Origin: Steroidobacteraceae bacterium
GTDB taxonomy: Bacteria > Pseudomonadota > Gammaproteobacteria > Steroidobacterales > Steroidobacteraceae
Assembly: GCA_036493935.1 (NCBI GenBank)
Contig: DASXOY010000001.1
Coordinates: 64,702-128,701 of the forward strand
Direction: 5' to 3'
Length of the DNA stretch: 64,000 nt
In this document: positions 20,768-29,947 of the stretch, piece after piece
Layout of the letters: each line of letters begins with the position of its first letter
Position numbering within the stretch: position 1 is the stretch's first letter
Made by a program: the position numbers and the translations under genes
Notes under the pieces: model-generated
The model's database searches: none
The model's input: only the letters and a program-made list of their open reading frames with translations
What the model was told of the DNA's origin: nothing

Positions 20768-22357
20768 ATGCGTTCTGAAATAGCCGTCGTCGCTGCAGCA
20801 GTGCTGTGTAGCGCATCGCTGGCGCAAGCGGCAAATGACTGGCCCAGCTATAACCGCACGCTGACATCGGATCGTTATGCAACCCTCGAAAAGATCGACA
20901 ACAAGAACGTCGCAGGCCTCAAGGTTCTCTGCAGCTTCGATACCGGCGAGCAACTCTCTTTTCAATCCGGATTGGTGGAGGTCGACGGCGCGATCTTTGC
21001 CGCCACGGAACGCGACACCTTTTCAATCGATCCCAATAACTGCAAGCTGAATTGGCGTAGCCACGAGGACTCGGCCTCCGGCGAATTGAAGGTCAATCGA
21101 GGCGTCGCGTGGCTGGATCATCGCGTGTTTCGGGGTACCGCTGACGGCAAGGTGATTGCCTACGATGCCAAGAACGGCAAGCGCATGTGGTCGACGACCA
21201 TCGCGGATGCGGCCAAGGGCGAATCGGTGTCGGCCGCGCCGATTGCGTGGAACGGCCTGGTGTTCATCGGCAATGCCGGCGGGGACAACAAGGGCGTGAA
21301 AGGGCGCATGTATGCGCTCGATGACAAGGATGGCCACATTGTGTGGGAGTTCTACCTGGTGCCGAAAGGGCCTGGAGATGCTGCCCGCGGACCCGCTGCA
21401 CCCGAGCCTAAATCAACATACGCAGCAACGTGGAGGGAGACAAAGGGGTTTCCGATAACCGGCGGTGCGACATGGACTTCCTACTCGTTGGATCCGGTGA
21501 CCGGGCACCTATTCGTGCCCGTCGGCAACGCAGCGCCGGATTTTCATAAAGAATCCCGGCAGGGTGAAAATCTGTTCGCGAGTTCGGTCGTCGTGCTAGA
21601 TGCCAAGACCGGGGCCTACCAGCAGCACTTTCAATTGGTAAAGCGCGACTTTCACGATTGGGACGTGTCATCGCCGCCGGCATTGTTCTTGAGCAACCGG
21701 GGCCATCGAATGTTGGCGGAGGCACCGAAAGACGGGCATCTTTACCTGGTCGATCTGAACACCGGAAAGCTGGTGTACCGCAAGCCGGTGACCACGATCG
21801 CGAATGCCGAGGCGCCGCTCACGCCTCAGGGAACGCGGTTCTGTCCGGGCGCGCAGGGCGGAGCGGAATGGAACGGCCCCGCATTTGACCCGGCGGACAA
21901 TCTCATTTTCACCGGCGAAGTTGACTGGTGCACGACTGTGCAGACGGTGCCTGCCACTGCATTGGCCGTCACGCCGGCCGGCAAACCGTGGAGCGGCGCA
22001 ACCCAAGGGTTCGGCAAGCAAGACGACCCGAAGAAATGGTCGGGCTGGCTGACGGCCAGCAACGCCGACACCGGGGAGCGCAAGTGGGAATTCCACGCAC
22101 CATTTCCCGTGCTCGGCGGCGTCACGCCGACGACGGGTCGGTTGGTGTTGTTCGGCGATATGGGCGGCAACCTCTACGCGTTCGACGCGGGCACGGGCAA
22201 GCAACTCTGGTCGAAGGATCTCGGCGGCGCGATCGGCGGCGGCGTAATTACCTACGATACCGGCGTCGGACAAAAGATCGCGGTCGCGGCCGGAATGACC
22301 TCGCCGATCTGGCCGACGAAAAAGGTCACGGGCAAGATTTTTGTGTTGGGCCTATGA
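20768..22357 (+). CDS. Periplasmic PQQ-dependent dehydrogenase-like beta-propeller protein
   Basis: Signal peptide, then NDWPSYNRTLTSDRYA. Repeated W-motif blades, for example DAKTGKRMWS, DGHIVWEF, TGERKWEF, GTGKQLWS. Confidence 0.75.
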   Translation: MRSEIAVVAAAVLCSASLAQAANDWPSYNRTLTSDRYATLEKIDNKNVAGLKVLCSFDTGEQLSFQSGLVEVDGAIFAATERDTFSIDPNNCKLNWRSHEDSASGELKVNRGVAWLDHRVFRGTADGKVIAYDAKNGKRMWSTTIADAAKGESVSAAPIAWNGLVFIGNAGGDNKGVKGRMYALDDKDGHIVWEFYLVPKGPGDAARGPAAPEPKSTYAATWRETKGFPITGGATWTSYSLDPVTGHLFVPVGNAAPDFHKESRQGENLFASSVVVLDAKTGAYQQHFQLVKRDFHDWDVSSPPALFLSNRGHRMLAEAPKDGHLYLVDLNTGKLVYRKPVTTIANAEAPLTPQGTRFCPGAQGGAEWNGPAFDPADNLIFTGEVDWCTTVQTVPATALAVTPAGKPWSGATQGFGKQDDPKKWSGWLTASNADTGERKWEFHAPFPVLGGVTPTTGRLVLFGDMGGNLYAFDAGTGKQLWSKDLGGAIGGGVITYDTGVGQKIAVAAGMTSPIWPTKKVTGKIFVLGL

Positions 22358-22843
22358 GCGCCGCGCTGCGCACTGCATACGCAGCGAGCTCATGAGCTCC
22401 CCCCACCACAAGCCGATCATCCGGCAGAATTCCACGTCGCTCAATCCATGACGGGCAGGGTGATCGGCGCGCAGCGCGGATAGGCCGCTGTGCGTCACCG
22501 TGACCAGCGTACCGGACGCGGTGGGCTCGAACTGAATTTCCACTTCGGTCTGCTCATGCGCCGCGAAATTTACATTGCGCCAGGTGAATTTCAGGCAGCG
22601 CGGCGGTTCCCAGACGTGGACACGGCCGACATCGACGACGTGCTGCGCGCCATCGGCATCGAATGACTCGAATAGCCGTCCCCCGACCTTGGGCTCGATG
22701 CGCAACAGGCTGCTTCGAGAGGCAGAGTGGCGAAACTTCAGGCCGCGCCGCCACCAACGGTCGATATCGCCGGTGAAGACCTCGAACGCTTCCGCCGGAG
22801 GAACCGCGACCGCAACGCTGACGCGTGCGCGATCGCCGCTCAT
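22352..22843 (-). CDS. SRPBCC (Aha1/START-like) domain protein
   Basis: PPAEAFEVFTGDIDRWW and the typical size. ATGA overlap with the ArsR gene stop. Confidence 0.7.
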   Translation of the reverse strand: MSGDRARVSVAVAVPPAEAFEVFTGDIDRWWRRGLKFRHSASRSSLLRIEPKVGGRLFESFDADGAQHVVDVGRVHVWEPPRCLKFTWRNVNFAAHEQTEVEIQFEPTASGTLVTVTHSGLSALRADHPARHGLSDVEFCRMIGLWWGELMSSLRMQCAARRS

Positions 22844-23247
22844 GTCTTGAGTCTGACCGCGCGCCGCGGATTCTCGGCGAAGGACTTGAAGGCCTGCAGC
22901 TGGCGCTGCCACAGATCTTCTGCCTGCGAGATCCAATCCTGCACCGGCTGAAATGCCGCGGCATGCACGGTGTAAATGCGCACGCGCGCATCTCGTTCGA
23001 TGCCGTGCTCGGTGACCAGGCCCGCTTTGCGCAGCACACGCAAATGACGGCTCAGTGCTTGCGGGCTCATGTCGATGGACTCCGCCAGCTCGCCGGCGCG
23101 CCTAGGCTTCTGCAGCAGCAGGCGGATCATTTGACGCCGCGAGGCGTCGGAGAGGGCGCCGAATGCTGCGCTCAGGTGAATTTCGGAGTAGCGATCCACC
23201 GGTGCTGCACTCAAGCCGGGCTGCGAAGCCGCTGGGTCACCCACCAC
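22840..23247 (-). CDS. ArsR/SmtB-family transcriptional regulator
   Basis: Winged HTH FGALSDASRRQMIRLLLQKPRRAGELAESIDMSPQALSRHLRVLRKAGLV. The start is uncertain: GTG at 23247 or GTG at 23199. Confidence 0.8.
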   Translation of the reverse strand: MVGDPAASQPGLSAAPVDRYSEIHLSAAFGALSDASRRQMIRLLLQKPRRAGELAESIDMSPQALSRHLRVLRKAGLVTEHGIERDARVRIYTVHAAAFQPVQDWISQAEDLWQRQLQAFKSFAENPRRAVRLKT

Positions 23248-23660
23248 AGATGGCCTTCCGGATCGAGAGCGCCATAGCTGCGGTCCGACCAGTAGTCCGC
23301 GCCGTACTCATGCGTGGCCGGCTCCTCGATGATCTGCGCCCCGTGGGCGCGCGCTTGCGCACAATGTGCGTCGGCGTCATCGACGAAAAACATAATGGAT
23401 TGGGTGGTCGCGCCCTTTAAGGTCTTTGGGCTGCGCATGGAGCGCTTCCATAGCCGTGGCGTTTCAGTCGTCTCCTGGGCCACCATGATCAGGCCTTCGC
23501 CGTAGCTCAATTCGCTGTGCTCTATCTGACCTTTATCGCCTTCGACCTTCAGCCGCACCTCGAAGCCGAAAGCATCGCACAACCATTGGATCGCAACAGC
23601 TGCGTCTTGATAGACCACCGAGCTTGACATGCGCGGCCAATCTTTAGGGGTCGGCTTCAT
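23211..23660 (-). CDS. VOC/glyoxalase-bleomycin-resistance family protein
   Basis: 149 aa. The beta-alpha-beta-beta-beta module pattern (AIQWLCDAFGFEV...; IMFFVDDADAHCAQARAHGAQII) is typical of VOC proteins. Confidence 0.75.
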   Translation of the reverse strand: MKPTPKDWPRMSSSVVYQDAAVAIQWLCDAFGFEVRLKVEGDKGQIEHSELSYGEGLIMVAQETTETPRLWKRSMRSPKTLKGATTQSIMFFVDDADAHCAQARAHGAQIIEEPATHEYGADYWSDRSYGALDPEGHLWWVTQRLRSPA

Positions 23661-23682
23661 CTCGCACCTCCAAAATCAAATA

Positions 23683-23717
23683 TTAACGAATTGAGAGAAC
23701 GTTAACATATTCGTTAA
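23683..23717. promoter_or_regulatory. AT-rich triple TTAACG/CGTTAA dyad array upstream of the VOC-ArsR-SRPBCC operon (candidate ArsR operator; alternatively a weak terminator of the ABC operon)
   Basis: TTAACGAAT (23683-23691), AACGTTAAC (23698-23706), ATTCGTTAA (23709-23717). The outer pair is a perfect 9-bp inverted repeat. Confidence 0.4.
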
Positions 23718-23769
23718 CTAATGGCAACGCTGTACATCATGTGCTCTGGCGGCGGCCTTTGGCAATCGG

Positions 23770-24558
23770 TCAATTCTTCAGGCGATAGCCCGTCTTGAAG
23801 ATCCAGGCCACCAGCGCAAGACAGATGAGGAAAAAGCCCACCGTCATCGCCATGCTGATGCCGACGCTGACGTCGGCGGCACCGTAGAAACTCCATCGGA
23901 AGCCGCTGATCAGGTACACGATGGGATTGAAGAGACTGAAGGTACGCCAGGCCTGCGGCAGCATGTCGATGGAATAAAAAGCGCCGCCAAGGAAAGTCAG
24001 CGGGGTAATGACCAGCATCGGAATGAATTGCAGCTGTTCGAAGCCCTTGGCCCAGATACCGATGATGAATCCAAATAAACTGAAGGTAGCGGCCGTCATG
24101 AGCAAAAAGGCCACCATCCACACCGGATGCAGTATCTTGATCGGCACGAAAAGCGAGGCGGTAGCCAAAATGATCAGGCCAAGCACGATCGATTTCGACG
24201 CCGCCGCGCCGACGTAGGCGATGACGATTTCCACGTAGGACACAGGCGCGGACAAGAGCTCGTAAATTGTGCCGGTAAACTTCGGAAAATAAATGCCGAA
24301 CGACGCATTCGATAAACTCTCCGTGAACAAGGCGAGCATGATGAGCCCGGGCACGATGAACGCGCCGTAGCTCACCCCGCTGGTGGTGGTGAGGCGGGAG
24401 CCTATCGCCGCGCCGAACACGACGAAATACAGCGAAGTGGTGATGACCGGAGTCACCAAGCTTTGCACCAAGGTGCGCAGGGCGCGTGCGACTTCGAATT
24501 TATAAATGGCCCATACGCCGTGGCGATTGAAGGCGGGGATTACGGCGGAATTGCTCAT
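23770..24558 (-). CDS. yadH: ABC-2 type exporter permease (YadH-like)
   Basis: Six-TM ABC-2 pattern starting [33 protein letters not shown] overlap with the ATPase stop. The longer track ORF was rejected. Confidence 0.8.
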   Translation of the reverse strand: MSNSAVIPAFNRHGVWAIYKFEVARALRTLVQSLVTPVITTSLYFVVFGAAIGSRLTTTSGVSYGAFIVPGLIMLALFTESLSNASFGIYFPKFTGTIYELLSAPVSYVEIVIAYVGAAASKSIVLGLIILATASLFVPIKILHPVWMVAFLLMTAATFSLFGFIIGIWAKGFEQLQFIPMLVITPLTFLGGAFYSIDMLPQAWRTFSLFNPIVYLISGFRWSFYGAADVSVGISMAMTVGFFLICLALVAWIFKTGYRLKN

Positions 24559-25478
24559 GTTCGCTCGCTGACTAGCTTGACGAAGATATCTTCGAGAGAA
24601 CTTTGGTGGGTTTGCAGGTCCTTGATCACGATTGCAAGCTCGCCTAAGCGTTTCAGGAGCATCGAGATATCGACGCTGTCGGTGCCGTCCGCCGTATAGA
24701 CCAAATCCTTGCCATCGCCCTTGAGTTCCAGCTGCCAAGATTTCAGCTCATCGGGGATCTGCGCCAACGGCGTCTGAAGATGCAGCGTCAGTTGCTTCTT
24801 GCCGAGTTTCTTCATCAGCTCGCGCTTGCCCTCGACCAGCATCAGGTTGCCCTTGTTGATGACGCCGATGCGGTCCGCCATCTCCTCCGCCTCTTCGATG
24901 TAGTGAGTGGTCAAAATAATGGTCACGCCTTTTTCGCGCAGACCGCGCACCAAAGTCCACATGTCGCGGCGCAGCTCGACGTCCACACCGGCAGTCGGCT
25001 CATCCAAAAATAATATTTGCGGCTCGTGCGACAGGGCTTTGGCGATCATCACACGCCGCTTCATGCCGCCCGATAGCGTCATGATCTTGCTGTTGCGCTT
25101 GTCCAGGAGCGACAGATCGCGCAGCAGGCTTTCGATGAATTTCGGGTTCGGCGCCCGGCCGAACAGCCCGCGGCTGAAGGAAACCGTGGCCCACACGGTT
25201 TCAAACGCATCGGTGCTCAGTTCCTGCGGCACCAAGCCGATTATCGATCGGGCGGCGCGGTAGTCGCGCGCGATGTCATGACCATCGGCCGTCACGCTGC
25301 CCGAGCTTGCGGTCACGATGCCGCACACGATATTGATCAGCGTGGTCTTGCCGGCGCCGTTGGGTCCAAGCAGCGCGAAGATCTCGCCTTTCTCAATCTC
25401 CAGATTGACGAGCTTCAGCGCCTGAAAACCGGTCGCGTACGACTTGCTGACGCCGCTGATCGAAATGACGGCAGCCAT
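24555..25478 (-). CDS. yadG: ABC transporter ATP-binding protein (YadG-like)
   Basis: Walker [10 protein letters not shown], signature LSGGMKRR, Walker [12 protein letters not shown]. Start at [12 protein letters not shown] (ATG 25478), 2 nt after the IDH stop. Confidence 0.9.
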   Translation of the reverse strand: MAAVISISGVSKSYATGFQALKLVNLEIEKGEIFALLGPNGAGKTTLINIVCGIVTASSGSVTADGHDIARDYRAARSIIGLVPQELSTDAFETVWATVSFSRGLFGRAPNPKFIESLLRDLSLLDKRNSKIMTLSGGMKRRVMIAKALSHEPQILFLDEPTAGVDVELRRDMWTLVRGLREKGVTIILTTHYIEEAEEMADRIGVINKGNLMLVEGKRELMKKLGKKQLTLHLQTPLAQIPDELKSWQLELKGDGKDLVYTADGTDSVDISMLLKRLGELAIVIKDLQTHQSSLEDIFVKLVSERT

Positions 25479-25480
25479 GC

Positions 25481-26509
25481 CTAAGGGCCGATGCGGGCGA
25501 TCAGCGCACGCGTGAAGTCCGCCGTGTTCGCCTTGCCGCCTAAATCGCCGGTGCGGACCTTGTCGACGTTGAGCGTTTGATCGATGGCGGTGCGCAACCG
25601 AGCGGCCATATGCGGCAGATGACAATGCTCAAGCATCATCGCGGCGGCCAGCATCAGCGCGATCGGATTCGCGACGCCCTTGCCGGCAATATCCGGAGCG
25701 GAACCGTGTACCGCTTCGAAGATGGCCGCATCGGTGCCGATGTTGGCTCCGGGCGTCATCCCCAATCCGCCGACCAAGCCGGCAGCCAAATCCGACAGGA
25801 TGTCGCCAAATAAATTGGTGGTCACTAGGACGTCGAATTGCCAAGGGTTCAAAACCAGCTTCATCGCGCAGGCGTCGATGATCACGGTCTCCAAGATGAA
25901 CTGGCCTTTATATTTGCGCTCGTACAACTCGAGGCCGGTCTCTAGAAAAATTCCGGTCAGCGCTTTCATGATATTGGCCTTGTGGACGATCGCCACCTTC
26001 TTGCGGCGCGTTGCGACTGCATGTGCGAAGGCAAAATCCAATAGGCGCCGGCTGCCTTGACGCGTATTGACGCCGGTGGCCATGGCGAGGGCATGCGGAT
26101 CGTCATCGATGGGAATGTAGACCTCGTGGCCGATGTACAAGCCCTCGAGGTTTTCACGCACCACCACCAAATCTATGTTGTCGAATCGACCGCCAGGTAT
26201 CAGTGTTCGCGCCGGCCGCAAATTCGCGTAAAGCTTGAATTCTTCCCGCAGTCGAACATTCGAGGATCGATAGCCGCCGCCGGAGGGTGTTTCGAGCGGA
26301 CCTTTAAGAGCAAGACGCGTACGCCGGATACTGGCCAAGGTCTTCGGCGGCAGGGGATCGCCTGCGGCGGTCACGCCTCCCAGGCCTGCGATTTGCCTGT
26401 CCCAGTCAAACGGCGCGCCGAGCGCATCCAGCGCGGCGAGCACCGCGTCCACGATTTCGGGGCCGATCCCATCTCCGGGGATGAGCGTGGCAGGAATCGA
26501 TTGCGGCAT
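25481..26509 (-). CDS. NAD-type isocitrate dehydrogenase (isocitrate/isopropylmalate dehydrogenase family)
   Basis: [11 protein letters not shown]; substrate block [24 protein letters not shown] (IDH-like S-x-N); [19 protein letters not shown]. 342 aa. Confidence 0.75.
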   Translation of the reverse strand: MPQSIPATLIPGDGIGPEIVDAVLAALDALGAPFDWDRQIAGLGGVTAAGDPLPPKTLASIRRTRLALKGPLETPSGGGYRSSNVRLREEFKLYANLRPARTLIPGGRFDNIDLVVVRENLEGLYIGHEVYIPIDDDPHALAMATGVNTRQGSRRLLDFAFAHAVATRRKKVAIVHKANIMKALTGIFLETGLELYERKYKGQFILETVIIDACAMKLVLNPWQFDVLVTTNLFGDILSDLAAGLVGGLGMTPGANIGTDAAIFEAVHGSAPDIAGKGVANPIALMLAAAMMLEHCHLPHMAARLRTAIDQTLNVDKVRTGDLGGKANTADFTRALIARIGP

Positions 26510-26592
26510 TAAGAGAGTTCTCGTTCGTGAAAGACGAATAGGATACTAGAACTGGCTGCTCTAGACTGGCTTGAGATCGAGGAGAATGTTGC

Positions 26593-27132
26593 ATTCATAC
26601 CGATGAAATAATTCTCGCGACGCGGCGTTGGCTGGAAAAAGCGGTGATCGGCCTCAACCTGTGCCCGTTCGCGGAGCATCCTTATCGGGGCGATCGCGTG
26701 CGTCTTTTCGTCAGCGAGCGGCGCAGCGCCGCTGGATTGCTGGCAGATTTGCATTCCGAGCTGCGGTCGCTTGATGCCTCGGATCCGCGGGAGTGCGAGA
26801 CCTCGCTGCTCATCCACCCTTGGGTGCTCAACGACTTCATCGAGTACAACGAGTTCCTCGAGGTCTGCGATGGCGCTGTCGCCGAGCTTGGCCTCGAAGG
26901 CAGCTTGCAAGTCGCCAGTTTCCATCCTCAATACCAGTTTGCCGGATCGCAGCCGGACGACATCGAGAACTTCACCAACCGTTCGCCGTTTCCGATGCTG
27001 CATTTGTTGCGGGAGGCGAGCGTTGAGCGAGCCATCGCCGCCGCCGGCGATACCGCGAAGATCTACGAAAAAAACATGCGTACGTTGCGCGCTCTCGGCC
27101 GTGCCGGCTGGCAGCGCTTATGGCTCGACTAG
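26593..27132 (+). CDS. DUF1415-family protein (start codon uncertain: ATT 26593 or GTG 26644)
   Basis: Core VIGLNLCPFA...SLLIHPWVLNDF...VASFHPQYQFAG...NRSPFPMLHLLRE. Family-like residues IILATRRWLEKA lie upstream of the first canonical start. Confidence 0.7.
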   Translation: MHTDEIILATRRWLEKAVIGLNLCPFAEHPYRGDRVRLFVSERRSAAGLLADLHSELRSLDASDPRECETSLLIHPWVLNDFIEYNEFLEVCDGAVAELGLEGSLQVASFHPQYQFAGSQPDDIENFTNRSPFPMLHLLREASVERAIAAAGDTAKIYEKNMRTLRALGRAGWQRLWLD

Positions 27133-27669
27133 ATTCTTGTGCATGGGGATGAATTCGATGCTTTCGCCCGAGCCCACGTCGAAACTTACCTGCGCGCCGC
27201 CCACATAGCCGCGCGCCGCATAAAGCTTGACCCCCGGCAGCGTTGCCATGAGTTCGACGCGCCTGTACCCCTGGGCACGCGCTTCCGCTTCACAACGATC
27301 CAGCAGCAATGAGCCGATGCCGCGGCGCGCGCAGCCTGGGTCGACAAAAAAAGCCCGGATCTTCGCGGCTTGGGTTTCGGGATCGAGCGTCGAGGAATCG
27401 CGCCCGGCTCGGGCGTCGCTGCCGAACAGGGTGGAGCGGAAGCTCCATCCGCCGCAACCGACGAGTCGCCCGGCATCCTCGGCGACAAAATAGGTCTCGT
27501 CGGCGAGCAACTGGGTGTCGACGCCGAACGCGCCGCGCAACGCGCCCTCGATTTGCTCGGCTCGATAATCCGCGGCGCTCAAGCCGCGCGCCGATCGCGC
27601 TATCAGCGTATTGAGCGCGGGAACATCGGCGAGCGTCGCTTTGCGGAGAGTGGGCATCATTTCAACCAA
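27118..27669 (-). CDS. GNAT-family N-acetyltransferase
   Basis: Acetyl-CoA motif FFVDPGCARRGIGSLLLDRCEAEARAQGY. Confidence 0.8.
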   Translation of the reverse strand: MVEMMPTLRKATLADVPALNTLIARSARGLSAADYRAEQIEGALRGAFGVDTQLLADETYFVAEDAGRLVGCGGWSFRSTLFGSDARAGRDSSTLDPETQAAKIRAFFVDPGCARRGIGSLLLDRCEAEARAQGYRRVELMATLPGVKLYAARGYVGGAQVSFDVGSGESIEFIPMHKNLVEP

Positions 27670-27672
27670 AGG

Positions 27673-28611
27673 CTATTCGGAAGAGACTTGCGCGCCGGGA
27701 TTGCGCGAATCACGCCCGTAATAGTCGGGATAGTCGCTGCTTATGCCTTTGAAGCGCCGATGCACCCAAAGATATTGTTCCGGCACCAGGCGAACCTGTG
27801 CCTCAAGCAGCCGGTTGTAGCGTGCAACGTCATCCACGGCGTCAGCGCCGGGAAAGTTCTCGAATGGCGGTCCGATGACAACGCGGTAGCCTGCGTTCCC
27901 GGGCAGCCGCTCGCCGAAGTAGGTCATGACGGCGGCGCCGGAGATGCGCGCCAGGCGCGTTGTCGCGGGGTTGCTAGCGGCGGGGATGCCGAAAAAATCA
28001 ACCATGGCGGCGCCCTTGTTGCGGTAACTCTGGTCGGGCGCGAACCATACGGCTTCATTTTTTTTCAGGGCCCGGACCATGCTCCTGATGTCGTCCTTAG
28101 GAATAGGGTTTCCGTGGCGGCAAAAGCTCTCGAACATAATGTGCGACAGCAGCGCATTCTTCAGCGGCCGATAGACGACATTCAGGGGGACCACGGTGCC
28201 GAGGATGCGAGTGGAGATTTCAATGGTGGTGAAATGTCCGCCCACCAGGATTGCGCCGCGGCCCTTGGCAAGAGCGGCCTTCAAGTGCTCCAGGCCATGC
28301 ACTTCGGCCAGCTTGTTGAGGCGGCCGTCGCTGCTCCACCAAGTATCCGCCGTCTCGCACAGGGCCATGCCGAGACTGCGAAAATGCCGGTCAAGCAGCT
28401 TTTCGCGCTCAGGCTTGGACAGTTCAGGCAGGCAAAGAGCGATATTTCGGCGTGCGATGCGCCGGAAGCTTAAGGGTAGAAGCCTCAGCAGCAAGCCAAT
28501 CCCGTTGCCGACCTGTCTTTGCGCCGGAAAGGGCAGTAACTCGACCAAGCGCATGATTGCCAAGCCGACCCAGGTAATCCAGTACTTGGGCATAAGGTAG
28601 GCTAGTGGCAT
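27673..28611 (-). CDS. lpxL: Lipid A biosynthesis lauroyl/late acyltransferase (LpxL/HtrB family)
   Basis: N-terminal anchor; H(X)4E block GGHFTTIEI; 312 aa; C-terminal QYLWVHRRFK. Confidence 0.8.
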   Translation of the reverse strand: MPLAYLMPKYWITWVGLAIMRLVELLPFPAQRQVGNGIGLLLRLLPLSFRRIARRNIALCLPELSKPEREKLLDRHFRSLGMALCETADTWWSSDGRLNKLAEVHGLEHLKAALAKGRGAILVGGHFTTIEISTRILGTVVPLNVVYRPLKNALLSHIMFESFCRHGNPIPKDDIRSMVRALKKNEAVWFAPDQSYRNKGAAMVDFFGIPAASNPATTRLARISGAAVMTYFGERLPGNAGYRVVIGPPFENFPGADAVDDVARYNRLLEAQVRLVPEQYLWVHRRFKGISSDYPDYYGRDSRNPGAQVSSE

Positions 28612-28941
28612 CCGAATACTGTCATTGAAATAGGGGTTTTCGGTGCGGCGACCAGGCGAAAGGATAGCCGCCTCGAGGCCGCGTTACCAGGATTGACGCA
28701 TCGCAGCATTGTGCGGAAATCGCACGAATATTCGTACTTATCAGCAAATTGCTGTAACATTTGCGCCGGTTCGTGATTTCTACTTGGTCCGTTTTTGGTC
28801 ACCGCGCCGCTCCGGCGTCACCTTGGCCACAACCCACAAAGCAGGTTTCCTCGATCCAGGTGGCTGGCATTCCGCTTTAAGGTTTTCACTCAAGGCACGC
28901 GTGACCGGCCGATAGTTTCTTTTGTAGTAGGTATTCTTCAC

Positions 28942-29232
28942 ATGACGAAAATGTATGTTGGCAATCTCCCGTTCTCAATGGACGAGTCCGCAGTGCGCGC
29001 GCTGTTCGAAAAGCATGGCGCGGTACAGTCGGTGGCGTTGATCAATGATCGCGACACCGGTCGGCCCCGCGGCTTCGGCTTCGTTGAAATGGCCAGCGCA
29101 GACGCTGCGCGCGCTATGCAGGCGTTGAATGGTCACGACGTCGACGGGCGAGCGCTGAAGGTGAATGAGGCGCAGGAGCGCACCGGCGGCGGTGGCGGTG
29201 GTGGTGGATCTCGCGGTCCGAAGCGCTGGTAA
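28942..29232 (+). CDS. RRM-type RNA-binding protein with Gly-rich tail
   Basis: RNP2 MYVGNL, RNP1 RGFGFVEM, then GGGGGGGGSRGPKRW. Start moved to the ATG at 28942. Confidence 0.85.
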   Translation: MTKMYVGNLPFSMDESAVRALFEKHGAVQSVALINDRDTGRPRGFGFVEMASADAARAMQALNGHDVDGRALKVNEAQERTGGGGGGGGSRGPKRW

Positions 29233-29261
29233 CAGCTGCTTAAGATTTAAGCGATAAACTG

Positions 29262-29289
29262 GGGCCGCAGCAATGCGGCCCTAGTTTTA
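29262..29289 (+). terminator. Intrinsic terminator after the RRM gene
   Basis: 8-bp GC stem GGGCCGCA / TGCGGCCC with a GCAA loop, followed by TAGTTTTA. Confidence 0.7.
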
Positions 29290-29302
29290 TACGCAAACAG
29301 GG

Positions 29303-29331
29303 TTTACGCCTGAGGAGGCTTTGCCTATAAT
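29303..29331 (+). promoter_or_regulatory. Sigma70-like promoter of the rimP-nusA-infB operon leader
   Basis: -35 TTTACG (29303-29308), 17-nt spacer, perfect -10 TATAAT (29326-29331). Confidence 0.5.
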
Positions 29332-29389
29332 CGCGCCCCTCGATGGGGCTCGAGTTGGCTGGGGCTTAAGTCTTCATTTTTCGGATCGG

Positions 29390-29409
29390 GCCCCTTCTAG
29401 GGGCTTTTT
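29390..29409 (+). terminator. Leader terminator/attenuator hairpin 1 upstream of rimP
   Basis: GCCCC ttcta GGGGC followed by TTTTT. Confidence 0.5.
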
Positions 29410-29423
29410 GTTGGGCGATGGAA

Positions 29424-29452
29424 GGGGGCCGATGGTCCCCTTTTTGTTTTTT
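29424..29452 (+). terminator. Leader terminator/attenuator hairpin 2, 19 nt upstream of the rimP ATG
   Basis: GGGGGCC gat GGTCCCC (7 bp including one G-U) followed by TTTTTGTTTTTT. Confidence 0.6.
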
Positions 29453-29470
29453 AAGATTGGGTTTTAAAAA

Positions 29471-29929
29471 ATGCGCGACGCCTTGATGCGCCTGCTAGAG
29501 CCGCCGATCGAGGCGATGGGCTACGAGTTGGTCGATATCGAGTTTGCGCGCGAAGGGCGCGGGGGCGTACTGCGGATATTCATTGACCTGCCCGCCGGCG
29601 AAGCGGCCGGTGCCGTCACCGTGGACGATTGCGCGCGCGTAAGTCATGCCGTGAGTGAGGTGCTGGAGGTCCAGGACCCGATCAAGGGGCACTACACGCT
29701 GGAGGTTTCCTCGCCGGGGTTTGATCGGATATTGCGCACGCGGGCGCACTTCGAGCGATTCCTAGGTCAGCGGGTTTTTGTGGAATTAAAGCTGCCGCTC
29801 GATGGCCGGCGGCGATTCGTCGGGGTATTGAAGTCAGCTTCAGCCGAGACGATTGTAGTGGAAGTCGACGGCAACGCGCACAGCCTGCCGCTCGATCGAA
29901 TTCAGAAGGCGAGATTGCGGCCGGAGTGA
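29471..29929 (+). CDS. rimP: Ribosome maturation factor RimP
   Basis: LLEPPIEAMGYELVDIEF...LRIFID...YTLEVSSPGFDRIL. Position upstream of nusA. Confidence 0.9.
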   Translation: MRDALMRLLEPPIEAMGYELVDIEFAREGRGGVLRIFIDLPAGEAAGAVTVDDCARVSHAVSEVLEVQDPIKGHYTLEVSSPGFDRILRTRAHFERFLGQRVFVELKLPLDGRRRFVGVLKSASAETIVVEVDGNAHSLPLDRIQKARLRPE

Positions 29930-29947
29930 GCGAGGAGTCTTGAGGTT

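Noticed and set aside
24559-25625. Long N-terminal extensions in the track ORFs: ABC permease to 24738, ABC ATPase to 25625, ligA from 45031, trpS from 50377, yciO from 48852, rpsO from 35278, RRM from 28795, phaR to 38298.
   Set aside because: The extensions overlap the preceding gene, are Arg/Pro-rich nonsense, and family-typical N-termini with ATGA-type coupling or Shine-Dalgarno sites occur at internal starts.
29233-29470. Looked for a tRNA (metY-like tRNA-fMet) upstream of rimP, as in E. coli.
   Set aside because: There is no cloverleaf-compatible sequence and no T-loop GTTCGAATC-like box. The segment is explained by a promoter plus terminator hairpins.
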